This document shows, in pieces, positions 39,980 to 53,770 of a stretch of 64,000 nucleotides of DNA. Position numbers and translations under genes: made by a program. This stretch comes from Octopus vulgaris (lineage: Eukaryota). The first letter of the stretch is position 1; each line of letters starts with the position of its first letter. Below the pieces are notes generated by a model. The model saw nothing but the letters and a program-made list of their open reading frames with translations. It did no database searches and was not told where the DNA came from. Location: the NCBI GenBank assembly GCA_951406725.2, contig OX597828.1:20274001-20338000 (forward strand). The letters run 5' to 3'.

Positions 39980-40026
<47 letters not shown>

Positions 40027-40029
<3 letters not shown>

Positions 40030-40180
40030 TGTGTGTGTAAGTATCTTTGTGTTTGCGTTTCTTCATTACCACCGTCTGACAACCGATGTTGGCGACTGGT
40101 TCGACTAAAATTTTCAAGGCGGTGCTCCAGCATGATCGCAGTCCATTGACTGATACAAGTAAAATATAAAATATAAAAGA
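40027..40180 (+). mobile_element. SINE family B, 3' fragment
   Basis: ccaccgtctgacaaccgatgttgg...aaggcggtgctccagcatg..gactgatacaagtaaaa. Confidence 0.75.
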
Positions 40181-41216
40181 TATTCTTTCATAACACTTTA
40201 CGGCAGTTTCGAACGTGAATATAATAATCACGGTCGTATTTCCTCATTGCAGAACAACTTCTTTCAGATGAATATGTTCTCACAAAATATTCGATTCTTT
40301 AAGGAAAGGCGACTCTGGAACACCCGGTGTTTTGACACTCTTGTATCTCCTCAGTCATACTTACTCCGACTAAATCAAACTAATAAGTCTCGTTAGCTCT
40401 TTAGCTCTTGTTTATAAATTCAGCAAACGCTATGCGGTATTCTGTTTTAAATGCCAACTGGAAATTCTATCAGTTCAACTTTACACATTAAAATTCCTTA
40501 CGTTATTTAGACTTGCGGTTCTATCTGCTTCATCTCCAGTAGTTCATACATCTTTCTTTCACAACATTATGTTCAATGCTATTCAACTACATCACTGGAT
40601 GTGGCATCAAACAAACGTTATTTTCTATTCTATTTTAATTTTAACTATTTCAAAAACAAACAACAACAACAAAAAGAGAAATGATAAAAATAAAGATTAA
40701 GGAAAACATTTTGAATTACGTAAGTGTCAAGAAGTTTAGTAAAGCAAAAAGAAAAAGCAAAAATTACAAAATAGCTATTCTCAATTATAATTCAAGAGAG
40801 AATATCGTAAAAGAAAAACCGACAAAACAGAAGCAGTGTGGAGATGCGATGGTGGTGGTGGTGGGTGGTGGTGGGGGCTGGGGGTTGGGCGTTTGTATTG
40901 TATAAACATAAGCAAAATTTCAACGATAAAATTTAAAATTGTAATATTGGCCCTTTTGTTCGGTTTGCTATTTGAATATTAACTAGTTACCTTTGTCAGA
41001 CAATAGTATGACAATTCAAATGGACCATTTTCCATTTTAGATTTCGTTCGTGTTCTTGTTCGTTCGTCCGTAGATACTGTTGCTATTGTTGTTGTTTAAT
41101 TTTAGGTCAGCTCTGAATGAGCAGACATTTGAACAAAGGCATTTATACAAACTATCATGTGACTACTTTGTATTCTTGTATCTGGTTGTGTGCCTAAATC
41201 AGAAATCAATTTTCTT

Positions 41217-41286
<70 letters not shown>

Positions 41287-41292
41287 GTATTA

Positions 41293-41484
41293 AGGCAGCG
41301 AGTTGGCAGAATCGTTAGCACGCTGGACGAAATGCTTATCAGGAATTTCAAATTCCGCCGAGGTCGAATTAGCCTTTCATCATTTCGAGATCGATAAATT
41401 AAGTACCAGCTGAAAATTAGGCTCGATATATTCGACTAGTCCCCCCTCCCAAATTTCAGGGCTTGTGCCTATCGGAGAAAGGAA

Positions 41485-41485
<1 letters not shown>
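41293..41485 (+). mobile_element. SINE family A between (ATT)n tracts
   Basis: aggcagcgagttggcagaatcgttagcacg...aattccgccgaggtcga. Confidence 0.8.
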
Positions 41486-41535
<50 letters not shown>

Positions 41536-41795
41536 GAATCCTAGCATCGGCTTACAACAAGTTGCCTTAGATGCCAAGAACCCTCTTATCGTTTAAATGC
41601 AGCAAAATCATAGGCTGCGTCCTACGAACATTCATGACAAGGGAACCCGTAGTTTCATTTTTAGGGAAGACCCTAGTTCTGAGCAGTTTATATTACTAAT
41701 TTATATTACTACTTATTTACCGAGAATGTCTGAAAGCGCTGAGTCTCTTGACACCAAAGAGAAATATATACTATCACATTTATATGGAAAATTGG

Positions 41796-42040
41796 TGGGG
41801 GACATATGGCGTAGTGGTTAAGAGCGCGGGCTACTAACCCCAAGATTCCAAGTTCGATTCCAAGCAGTGACCTGAATACTAACAACAACAACAACAACAG
41901 CAATTATAACATCGAAAAATACCTTAGGAATGAGAACACAGGTTCGAAATTTCCCCAAGACACCTGAAAAAGGCTAGATGGTATATCAACCGAAATGTTG
42001 TGTTAACAATACACAAGACGAGGACAAATATTCATCGAAG
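41796..42040 (+). mobile_element. tRNA-headed SINE with internal (AAC)n and a 3' hammerhead-like motif
   Basis: A box tggcgtagtgg at 41807, B box agttcgattcc at 41851, and gacac-CTGAAAA-aggct..aacc-GAAAT-GTT-gtgtt at 41959-42004. Confidence 0.7.
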
Positions 42041-42271
42041 AACTGTGGAGGGACATATTCCAAACTTCGGCACTGGAGATAGTTTTAATGCACGGACATT
42101 TATATACTCTAAGCTTGCAAATATACTACGTTCGAAATGATGGGCTAAAATACTCTAGGTAACAATCTGCCATTTAGAGTTCCCTCAACTGTTCAACTAC
42201 CTATCTAAATTAAATGAAATATAAAAGAGACTTCTACTGAAACATTAAAAAACCCCTCCAAAAAACTCATT

Positions 42272-43222
42272 AGATGAACTCTTGCAGCCTCTAAGTACAG
42301 TTTTGTCAGGAGTTGTTCCCTGGTGCCTCTGCACTTACGCTTGCAACCCCTTTGCTCATGTGGCAGGACTCCATTTTTTCTAGATGTTCATACATTGACT
42401 CTACGAATATTCCAGTCAATAATTTTCACATAAGTCCTACCCAATGTCAACCACTCTGGTGTTGCTTGGTAGGCATTTAACAAGGTGCTGAGTTTCGCAG
42501 CTCTTCGTGCATGACATTCACCAACTCTTTTGATCTAGTAGACTTGAACTCCATCTGGTCCCGGTGCCTACCAGTTGCTCATGTTTTTGCTGTTCTCCTT
42601 CACTTCCCTAACTGAAATTACTAGTTCTGCTTGTTTGGGGTAGACTATTGCTTGTTTCAGTTCTTGCAACCATTCATCATCCTTCTTGTGCTCCTTGTCT
42701 TTGCTCCAGATGTCACGCAAAAGCCTTTGACTTTCACTGTTATCTGGTATAAATTTTTCATCTGTACGCTCTCCATTTATTTATTTATAGAATCTCCTCT
42801 GCTCTACTCTGAATAACATATTCTGGTAGTAACCCTTCATTCTTCGGTCGTATCTTACCATCTTTGCTTTCTTTGAAACGAGGCGGTGTTTCAGTCCTCC
42901 ACTACTACTTTCAGGCCCTTTCTTTCAGTATTGTACTTCTTTTTCAGTGCCCTGTATTTTTGTTCGCTTTTAAGCTTCCCTTTCTCTTTTCGGTCTAACA
43001 CAGAAATGTCCTTCGAGAGCATATCTAACACTGCCCGTATTCTTCTTTTCCACCATGGATCTTTTCTTTGTCATTCCCATTATATTTCTTTTTCTTGACA
43101 TCAACACCCACGTTTTCTGCTACAACAATACTTGCTGCCTTAAACAAAATATTTGTTTCTGTGATGTTGTTTGTTCTGATGTATTTCAGAATTTCATTGA
43201 CATTTTTCGTTTCTTGGTTTAT
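42272..43222 (-). pseudogene. R4/Dong-type LINE N-terminal to RT-start relic
   Basis: Minus strand NEILKYIRTNNITETNILFKAASIVVAE..PWWKRRI, later MSNW*APGPDGVQVY*IK and PEWLT.GRT. Adjacent to (ATT)n. Confidence 0.75.
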
Positions 43223-43225
43223 TAA

Positions 43226-43312
<87 letters not shown>

Positions 43313-43357
43313 ATCCTCCTCCTCCTCACCATCATCATCTTTATTATCATCATTATT

Positions 43358-44329
43358 GAGTGACACTGGGGTACGAATACAAGAAGCCCAATATACCCAT
43401 CATGACTACCCGTGTGATAAGTGTACACCAGGAATATGCATTACAACCATATGTGCACAACATGGAGATCTCATATCAAGATAAACCTAGCAGGTGGGGC
43501 TCAGAATTTTCTTCAGGTAGACTAGCCCCCCCCCTGCTCAAAACGTCCGTGAATAAGATTTGTTTAAGAACGAAACACCCATGTTTCCTGAGGAGAATTT
43601 TCTAACTCCCAAAGAATTCTCAGCACATGGCTATGATGCTACCCACTACTTCTGGTCGTGATCAGAAATGCACAAATCTGTGATACTGAGAAGAATATTC
43701 GCTGTAGCCTATTTTTTATACCAAGACAAAAGAATGTACATTATAACACTTCCAATCAGTTTATTATTATTATTATTGAGTGAGAGAGCAGTGCATGCCA
43801 TCAAAGTGACACTGGGGTAAAATATACGAAGCCCAATATACCCATCATGACTACCCGTCTGATAAGGGTACACCAGGCACATGCATCACAACCATATGTG
43901 CGCTACATGGTGATCTCATATCAAGATAAACAGCACATGACCTTGCAGATGGGGCCCAGTTAGAATTTTCTTCAGGTTGAGTAGCCCATCCCACTCAAAA
44001 GGTTCCTGAATAAGGGTTGTTTAAGGATGTTGAAAGAACCACCCATGTTTCCAGAGGTTTATTATTCAAACCCCAAAGAATCAACACATGGCTATGATGC
44101 TCCCCCACTACTTCTGCTCAGGATCAGAGATGCACATATCGTCAGCCACTAAGGGACATGCTCAACTGGTTAAGGTCAAACAACTGACAAGCAAATCTGT
44201 GGTATTGAGCAGAATATTTGCTGTAGCCCATCTTTTATACCAAGACAAAACAATGTACATGATAACACTTCCAATCAGTTAAGATCAGAAGCCATGAGAG
44301 CCACTGCCTGGTACTGCATCAGGGCATTT
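43358..44329 (-). mobile_element. Two tandem family E elements (43358-43760 deleted; 43779-44329 full)
   Basis: Homologous to 28709-29252. Separated and flanked by (ATT)n. Confidence 0.9.
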
Positions 44330-44331
44330 AC

Positions 44332-44372
<41 letters not shown>

Positions 44373-44504
44373 GTAGTAGTAGTAGTAGTAGTAGTAGTCA
44401 CTTATTTAGTTTTTCATTCTAGCAAATAAAACATAAACATGAATTAATTATACCCTAACGAGTCACTGATAGCGTTACCCTTATTTTAACCTAAGCCTAC
44501 TTTA

Positions 44505-44860
<356 letters not shown>

Positions 44861-45399
44861 ATTTGTAAATTTGTCTCGCTTTTGTTTTGCCAAATTCTCA
44901 ATTGTATCGATCCACATAGCTTCCTCCCTTTGATATTCTAAGAGCAACGAAAACATTGCGTGAGCGATTCAAGGCAAAAGCAGCAGTTTGCTTCAGAACA
45001 TGCGCTTCCCAAAAGAAACGAAATCGTTATCGGCAACGAGTAAAGGGTATGTGCCCGTGTATGTGTGTCTGTGTATATGAGTATGTGAATGTTTGTGTGT
45101 ACATGTGAGTGTGTGTGTGGAGGGGCTGTGTGTGTATGTGTGGTTGTGTATGTGTGTGATCTTGTGTGGTTTTGTGTGTGTGTATATGGTTGTGCATTTG
45201 TGTATGTGCGTGTGCGTGTATTTATGTATGTGTGTGTTTGTGTGTGTGTGCTTGTGAGTGATTGTGTATGTGTATATGTGTTTATGTGTGTATGTGTGTG
45301 ATTGTATGTATCTCGATGAATGTCATCTGTGTATCGTTTTTGATGCAAATACATTGCGAAAGGAAAGTTTTCTGTGGTGTTCGGCCTGAGATATCTTTT

Positions 45400-45426
45400 A
45401 TGCTGACGGAAACTGAAAGAAGCCCG

Positions 45427-45478
<52 letters not shown>

Positions 45479-45778
45479 GTGCGTGTGTGTGCGTGTATGT
45501 GTGTATCTGTGTGTGTGTGTGTGTGTATCTTTTTGTGCGTGTGTATGCGTGTATGTGTGTGTCTCCGTGTCTGTGTGTGTATCTTTGTGTTTGTGTTTGT
45601 TACCCTCCATCGCATAAGAACCGGTGATGGTGTGTTTACGTCTCAGTAGCTTAATGGTGCGACAAAAGTAGCCGTTAGAATAAACTCCAGGCCGAATCAT
45701 TCGACTAGAAATTCTTCAAGGCCGTGCCCCAGCATGGGCAGCGTCTGATGACTGAAACCTATAAAAGATAAAACATAA
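45400..45778 (+). mobile_element. SINE family B, 5'-truncated
   Basis: gacggaaactgaaagaagcccgtc-(TA)n-(TG)n...atgactgaaacctataaaag. Confidence 0.8.
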
Positions 45779-46490
45779 AAAATATCGGAGGCAGACAAAA
45801 AGTCATACCTGCAATGACTGAAGTGAATTCTGGCAGCATTTCTGCTTCATTGCAAGTTGTCAATGGCAAATATCACAGCCAACCACGGACCATCACTGTT
45901 TGATCACCTGTTCAACGAATTGGCCATTAAGTGGCTGTGTACTATGCAGACATGTGTGCCTTTAACGTAAATCTAAAGTAGTATCAGAGGGAAACAGTGT
46001 ACCTCCAAGCAGTGGCGTTAAATTAAAAGGCCATTCCATCTGATGGGCTTCATAGCTTTCAATCACAATTAATAGGCTAACCCGAAGCTGAAGAAATTTA
46101 TACTTGCACTGTATAAGATGTCACGCAACGGGGTCGAATCGGAACATCATAGTTTCGGACCAGAATATTAAATATTCGTCCACAGCGCCCCTGTGTGAGT
46201 GCATATGTGCGTGCATATAAATCGAATGTGTCGTATATCGCATAATCATTTGTGAATCATATATATGTAAAGATATACTCACACCTAAACATGCATACAC
46301 ACATACATATGTTTATAATATATTCAAACACGCATGCGCACATATTCTTGAATACAATATATAATTTACATACGCGTACCATATTTGTTCATATATATGT
46401 ATGCATATATACACACACCACACATACACATAGGTAGATAGGTATTAGACAGACAGTTGGACAGACAGACGGTAAAAGATATATGGATAT

Positions 46491-46564
<74 letters not shown>

Positions 46565-46566
<2 letters not shown>

Positions 46567-49500
46567 GTTTCTTTATTGGCCACACAAGGCTGCACACAGA
46601 TGGGACAAGTTACAAGGTAGAGCTTTTCTTTTGGGGGATGAAGAAATCAAAAAAAAAAAAAAGGGGTGGCGTAGGTTTTCGATCAAGAGGGATCGTAAAA
46701 GGGAAGAAAAGAACAAAAAAAAGTAAATAAATGAATAAGATAAAAAATAAAAAGAAAAAAAAGAAAAATAAAGGAAAAGGAAAAGGAACAAGAGAAAAGA
46801 GAAATGAAAAAAGAAGAAAAAAAGGGGAAAAAAGTAGAAGAGGAAAAAAAAGAACGATCAATAAGAATCGTGTATCACAGTGTTATGATATATGGTTTAA
46901 AGGGGAAAGCAAGTAAGGTTTATCCGTGGGAAGAAAAGCCTACGAAAAAGACCACGGTAACCTTGGTCAATATTGTTATATGTTACCACATTTGTTTGCA
47001 AGTGGGTAACCCTCTGTTTTCAATTTCTGGGTTCATAGGATTATGCTCAAGGTGGCTTCGTCATTCATACGTGCCATCCTTGCTACATTCACCCATCTTT
47101 TTTTAAAACATTCGCTAGACAAAACTTGCCTCTCTACTCTCACTTTCCTTTTCAAGTGGTACTTGAAGAAGTTGATGAGAGATTGACCAGAGAGGAAAGT
47201 GTTTGTCTCCAATCCTTTCAGACGCATCCACCAGATACATTCTTTCGCCATAGCCACAAGGATTATGAAAATAGCTCTTCCTTCCCGTTTGAAGGAAGGA
47301 GGCGTGACAATAGTGACGATAGACTCAGCTGATAAACCGACTCGTCCCACACGTGACAGCAGTTGTTCGACATAAGCCCACAGGTCGGAAATTGTTGGAC
47401 ACTGTACGAGTGCGTGCAGAACGGTTTCGTCGCTCTGACCGCATCTCGGGCAGGTCGGCCCCGTGTTTCTCGAGCCGTGTCTGTAGAGCTTATCCCGAAC
47501 GGGTAGCGCTTCTCTGTAGCACTACCAGGCCAGGGATCTCTGGAAGTTGTCCATGGGCTCTGGCCCGAAAGTCGTCCTGAACAGGCAGGTCAGGTACTCC
47601 TCGTCGACGTCCAGGTTCGCCCCGAGCTCGTCGTCGTACCTCCCCTCCACTAATCCCCTATAGAATGCTTTGGTTGTGTTGAAGTCACCCAAGGTCGACC
47701 CAGGACGGCAGAGTTGCTTGAGAGCAACGCGACACTCGCGGTGCCATTCGCCCTTCCTCGGCCTCTTTTTGATCCACGACTGCAGTTCGGTCATGGAGAT
47801 GAGCTGCGGGAAAGCGTGCCTCACAAACGGCGACCACACCTGTTCACCGTCGTCTACATAGAGCCAGAGATGTCGCAGTCTCAGCGCGTGTCTGCGCATC
47901 ATCAACCACGGCATGCCCAGCCCTCCTTTTAACGGGTGTTGACAGCAAATGGATCGCCTGACCATCGGGTCGCATCCTTTCCACAAGAAGCGAAAGAGAA
48001 TGCGTTGTAGTTTGGTGATGGTAGGGTCGGGACAAGGTACGACGGTCAGGCGGTAGTAGATGATGGACGCGATGTACGTGTTCGCCACCTCCGCCCGACC
48101 TTTTAGGGACAGTTTCCTCTCGGCCCATTGCCGGGCGAGAGTGACCAACCTACTCGTTATCTCGTTCCAGTTCTTCTCCACTTGGAGGTCCGGACCAAAC
48201 CAGACCCCGAGCAACTCAACCGGGCCGTCGGTCCAGCGTCCCACGACGGAGGCGCGGGTGGACGGCATGGGCTTGCTTCTCCAGGTGCCTAGTAGCAAGC
48301 CCACTGACTTTTCCCGGTTGATTTTCGCTCCTGTCACCGCTTCGTAGTTTTTCAGTGTCTCGCCGACCTGCTCGATGTGCTCGTGGCTAGACACTATGAT
48401 GGTGACGTCGTCCGCATATGCAGACACGCTCGTCCCGCATCCCAGTTCTCGCGGGATGCCCCTCAAAGTTGCCAGCTTCCGCAATAATGGCTCGAGAGTC
48501 AATACGTATAGAAGCGACGAGAGGGGGCATCCCTGACGGACCGAACGTGCGATGTCGAAGGGTCTCGATAGATGTCCATTCACGCGAATTACCGAACGGA
48601 TGCCTCTGTACAAAGCGGCTATCCAGCCGCGGAAGACGGGACCGAAGCCAGCCGCTCTGAGGACCGTCTACAAGTACCGATGGTCTACCCTATCGAAAGC
48701 TTTCGATTGATCCAAATTGATCAGCGCCCCACCCATGCCAAGTTCGTTAACTACCCTGTCTATGATGTAGCGCATCAGGTGGAGGTTGTCATGGATGGTC
48801 CGGCCCGGCACGGCGCATGTTTGCGCCTTGTCGACCAGTTTCTCGATGACAAGCGCCAACCTCTTGGCTAGGACCTTGGCCAAAATTTTCAAGTCTGCAT
48901 TAAGCAGAGTGATGGGCCTAAAGTTATCTATTACATTTCCCTTGTTTAGATCTTTCTTCAGCAGTGTTACGGCTCCTCGGCTCACAAAACCAGGAATGCT
49001 CCCGTTTTGCTGCCAGTTGCAGTACACCGCCGCCAAGACATCTCCAAACAAGTCTGGCATACAATTGTAAAGCTCGTAGGGTAGACCATCCAAACCCGGT
49101 GATTTGTCCCACGAGCATTCTGCCATCGCGTCCTGCACTTCCGCCGCCGTGATGGCACCTTCGCAGCACCCTGCCTTTCTTGTCGAGAGTCGTGGTAGGC
49201 TATGTAGGTAGGCACTGAAGTCCACCCTACGTTCTTGCCCTCCACTCGTCCCGAACAGTCGGGCAAAATGCTGCTGAAAGGCCTCACACATTTTACTTGG
49301 CTCGAGCAATTCGCGCCCCTGTTCATCTACCAGGGACCGAATGGTGGCTTTGTTGCCCTGTTGCGCCTCTGCCACCCGGGCCTCTCTCGCGGCTCCAACA
49401 CCTTCGTTCCTTAGAGCACGCATCCTAGCTCTGACAGCACATCCTTCGTGTTTGGCATTGAAGTGTTGGTCGAGGGCCAACCTCGCCGCCAAAACGTCGG

Positions 49501-49851
49501 ATGCGATGCCGCTTCTAATTGCCTCTTCTAGCTTCTTAACTAGCTCACCCTCTACTCTCTTTCTATCTATGGCTAGTGCTTTGCTGTACCTAATCGCTTC
49601 TGCTTTTACTGCTCTCTTGAGGGCAAACCACCATTTGTTGTTGATGATGGCTCCCGTCAAAGCCCTCTTTACTAGTGTGCTAATCCGGTCCCTGAAAACC
49701 TGTCTCGATGGGAAAGACGCGTTTAGTTTCCAGTATCCGGGACCCTGCCTAAGTGTCTTACCTAAGTCTAGCGTACATGTCACAAGTTTGTGATCCGTGT
49801 AGCTGACTATGTGGAATTGTGGACATCCTATGCTATCTCTGTCTACTGTCC

Positions 49852-49856
<5 letters not shown>
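46565..49856 (-). mobile_element. Tx1/L1-clade LINE, 5'-truncated, inserted in (GATA)n
   Basis: ORF2 runs from the APE end (YTDHKLV, GPGYWKLN) through RT (KSPGLDGL, FRPITLLNADLKILAK, LDQSKAFDRV, RQGCPLS, YADD) to a CCHC finger (CPRC..ETVLHALVQC). 3' UTR 46565-47032. Confidence 0.93.
47033..49783 (-). pseudogene. Tx1-type ORF2 (RT + zf-RVT) with two in-frame stops
   Basis: ORFs 48668-49783, 47522-48613 and 47033-47350 share one frame and are separated only by single TAG codons. Confidence 0.9.
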
Positions 49857-49897
<41 letters not shown>

Positions 49898-49946
49898 TAG
49901 ATAGATAGACAGACAGATAATTTAGATAGATAGACAGACAGATAAT

Positions 49947-49998
<52 letters not shown>

Positions 49999-50135
49999 AG
50001 CTGGGCAGACAAATACATAAATAAATAGATTAATAGATATGTAGAGAAATACATACCCACACTTCCACACAAACGCACACATACACTCACATACATAGGT
50101 AGATAGGTAGTAGATAGACAGATGAACAGACGGTA

Positions 50136-50212
<77 letters not shown>

Positions 50213-50596
50213 CCAGCAGATACAGAAGTAGATAAATAGATTAATAGATAGGTAGATACATACCTACACACAAGTCCCCCACACACAGTCACACACACCG
50301 ACGCAGTGCCTGATAATACATGTAAGCAATGCGTTTCATGCTTGTAATCCTATAATCTGTAAAGTATTCCTGAAAGTTCCTCAAAGTTGCAACGATAGAG
50401 GACATTTGGAACGATGCCAGATTTATGAGAGGTGATGCTGGTAGAAACTGAGCGAGAAATATAATCTTCTAACATCGTAATTACATTACAATTCTTGATT
50501 GTTCTGCAAGAAATTACCATAGAATTTGATTGTGGAATGGAATTTTTTTCATATTTAAATATAAAAAAATTCAAAATTTTTGCTCTGATCATGCAC

Positions 50597-50825
<229 letters not shown>

Positions 50826-51929
50826 GGTGTGTGTGTATGTTTGTGCGCGTATGTATGTATCTACGTATGGAGTTATGTAGGGTAATACGTACGCATATAT
50901 ATATGTATGTAGGTAGGTAGGTATGTAGGTAGGTAGGTAGATATATGAGTTTGTATGAGTATATTATCATATATATGTGTGCGTGTGTGTATGTGTCTGT
51001 GTGTCTGTGTCTGTGTGTGTGAGTGCATATGTGTCTATGCTTGTGTATATGTATGTGCACATACACATATACAGAAAAATATATATGTATATATACATAT
51101 GTACATATATGCATGGATGTGTGTATACACACACTTATGTGTAGGTAGGTGGGTCTGTGTTTGTGCGTGTGTGTTTGTGTGCGTGTTATATGCATAAACA
51201 TATTTGCGCGTTCGCAAGTCAGCTCCAATCGAGAAACTTATAAATCACTGACGTTCCAGGAACGACAACCTCGCTTTTCCGTTCTGAGTCATAACATAGT
51301 ATTACATTATCTAACGCGCCCATCTTTTTGTTGTGGAAGTAATTAATTATCTCTACATCAGCTCTAATCAAGCAGATTACGATGACATACCTTCCAAGCA
51401 TAGCCTTAAGAAGTAAGTGTAATATGGTCCAATGTTTCCTATTCTCTTTACAAAATGATAGATGTCACATGACGAGCAGCTTTGCGGTTTGTCACACTTC
51501 TTCCGTATTTACCAAACGTTACTTCACATATTTTTCACACCAATTAATTTTTGATGAAGACCCCAAAGCCAGCAATTTTGATGAGCTGGGCTTTAGTCAA
51601 TGTCCTCAACTTCAGTATTTGGTTGGTACTTTATTGACATAAGCGACACCAGAGGAATAAAGAAAATGCGAAAAGACTTCGAAGGAAAAGCGATGTTGAG
51701 TTCTGAGAGATTTGTCCTTAGAATGTAAGGAGTCGGAAGAAATACCGCAAAGCATTTTCTCCGACGCTGTACCGATTCTACCTGTTCAACGGCCTTTTTG
51801 GAAAAAATTTATAATAGACACAAGCCTGGCTCTACGGTAAAGAGCTTGCTTCCCAACCACATGGTTCCGGGTTCAGTCCCACCGCGTGGCACCTTGGAAT
51901 ATACGTGTATGTATGTATATATATATGAG

Positions 51930-51966
<37 letters not shown>

Positions 51967-53039
51967 TTACACACACATGTAAATATATATATATATATAT
52001 ATTTTTACACACACATGTATATTTATATATATATATATATGTATATATACGCACGTAAATACCCATATACACACGCGCACATATACATGCACACACACAT
52101 ACACCACACATTCATAAGTAATTTTAGCCAATTAAATTTAGCCATTCGCAGCATTTCAGGCAACAGACGATGTGATATGTATAGTTCCCATACCAAACAA
52201 TTTAAGCTATCTTGGGTCTAGGATTCGGATAAGGGCTTACGGTTAAGGTTTAATGTTAGCGCTTATGGTGCAGGATAAGAGTTCTGTTTAAGGTTGAAAA
52301 TTAGGTGTTAGAATTTAGAGTCATGTTTAATGTTTTGAGTTAGATTTGGGTTTCAGGATTTAGTATTTGTGGTCAGGGTATGTTTAGGTTTAGTTTGTTT
52401 TGCTCTTTATCATCAAATTTCATTGTAAAGGTTAATTTGCTGCTTTCTGTCATTTTCTTTCGTTAAATATTTTCATCTTTATATGTTTTATAACATTTTT
52501 AATTTGCACTTCTAAAACAATAACGATTTCCGTCACATTGCGTCTCGAAAACAAACTTACACACATTATAACGTTTTCTGTAGCACTTCTTCGGCATGTA
52601 CAGAATAATTGGTCAGTATTTGGCTAAAATAACAATATATTTCAAGCTTTAGATGTTCAAAATCCAATTTGTGAAACACGTGGAGCCTTTACAGTTCTTA
52701 TTGTCAGGAAAAGAATCACTTCTAGATAAAATCCTAAATCGTGGCGGAGTGAGAAGTTTGAATTTTAATTTACGGATAATGAAAGAATTAGTATTTGATT
52801 TTTTCCACTCATTACAAAATGCCTAAATAATTTTAATCCTTTGTAGGTATGGAGCTGGTCGAACAGAGCTAAGATCATACGTAATCCAGACATGATCATC
52901 ACACCCTTATTGTATATCTATGACTAACTTTGTCCATTGTGTTCTTCCTTTGTTTAAGAAAACAAAGAGTTTGATTTAAAGATTTTGGTGTTATTTCTAA
53001 CAGGTCAAGCAAACGCGTAGAAACTTCTATCGCTTTCTC

Positions 53040-53770
53040 AAGTACCGGGGTGGATTTAATTGTCTATATTTCACCCTGTCAAGTACTGGCGTGGATTATT
53101 CACCCCACGCGTACTAACTACTGGAGTGAACCTTACATAGTACACTAGTCTTCGTCTAGTACTGGGGTGGATTTTATCGGTTAGACTATCTCTCTTCAAT
53201 ACTGGATGGATTTAAGTCAACACACCCGTTTGATTATTCCATTCGCTAGGTAGATTTTACAACCTTCGTCAAGTATTTGGGTGGATTTTATCCAGTATAC
53301 TCCTCCTCGACGATAAAGGGGTGGGTTAAATTTAATCCACCCGTCCTTGTTAATTACGGAGTGGATTTAATACGTTAAACTCTTCGTCATGTACTGAGGT
53401 GAATTTAATCCACTATACCCGTTTGCGTCATTACAGGGGTGGATGAAATTTGCTTCAGCGCCTACTAGTTATTTACTGGGGTGGATTTAAACAACTACAG
53501 CCTTCGTCAAGTATTGAAATGGATTTGAAACATTAAACCCGTTTTTGTTAATACTGGGGTGGATTACTTCTGCTCCATCCTTCCTCATTAAATATTAGAG
53601 AGGAATTAATTCACTATACCTTGGTAAATTTTATTCACTATACCCGTTTTGTTCGACGGGTGTTAATTTTATCCAATATCACGTTTTTGTTAACTACCGA
53701 CAAGGTTTAATTCAAATTACCCAACTTCGTCAAACGCTGGGGTGGATTTAATGGAATAAACTCATCGTCC
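53040..53770 (+). repeat. Degenerate ~39-bp minisatellite
   Basis: Recurrent aagtactggggtggatttaat...cccg/cttcgtc motif, about 18 units. Confidence 0.85.

Larger units (their letters stand above)
36752..39983 (+). mobile_element. Penelope-like retroelement, 5'-truncated, flanked by (TA)n
   Basis: RT and GIY-YIG coding region, then a long 3' UTR with 56-bp repeats and a terminal HHR motif. (TA)n lies at 36736-36751 and 39984-40026. Confidence 0.93.

Noticed and set aside
53040-53770. CRISPR-like array
   Set aside because: Eukaryotic context, degenerate repeats, spacers similar to each other, and no cas genes. Treated as a minisatellite.
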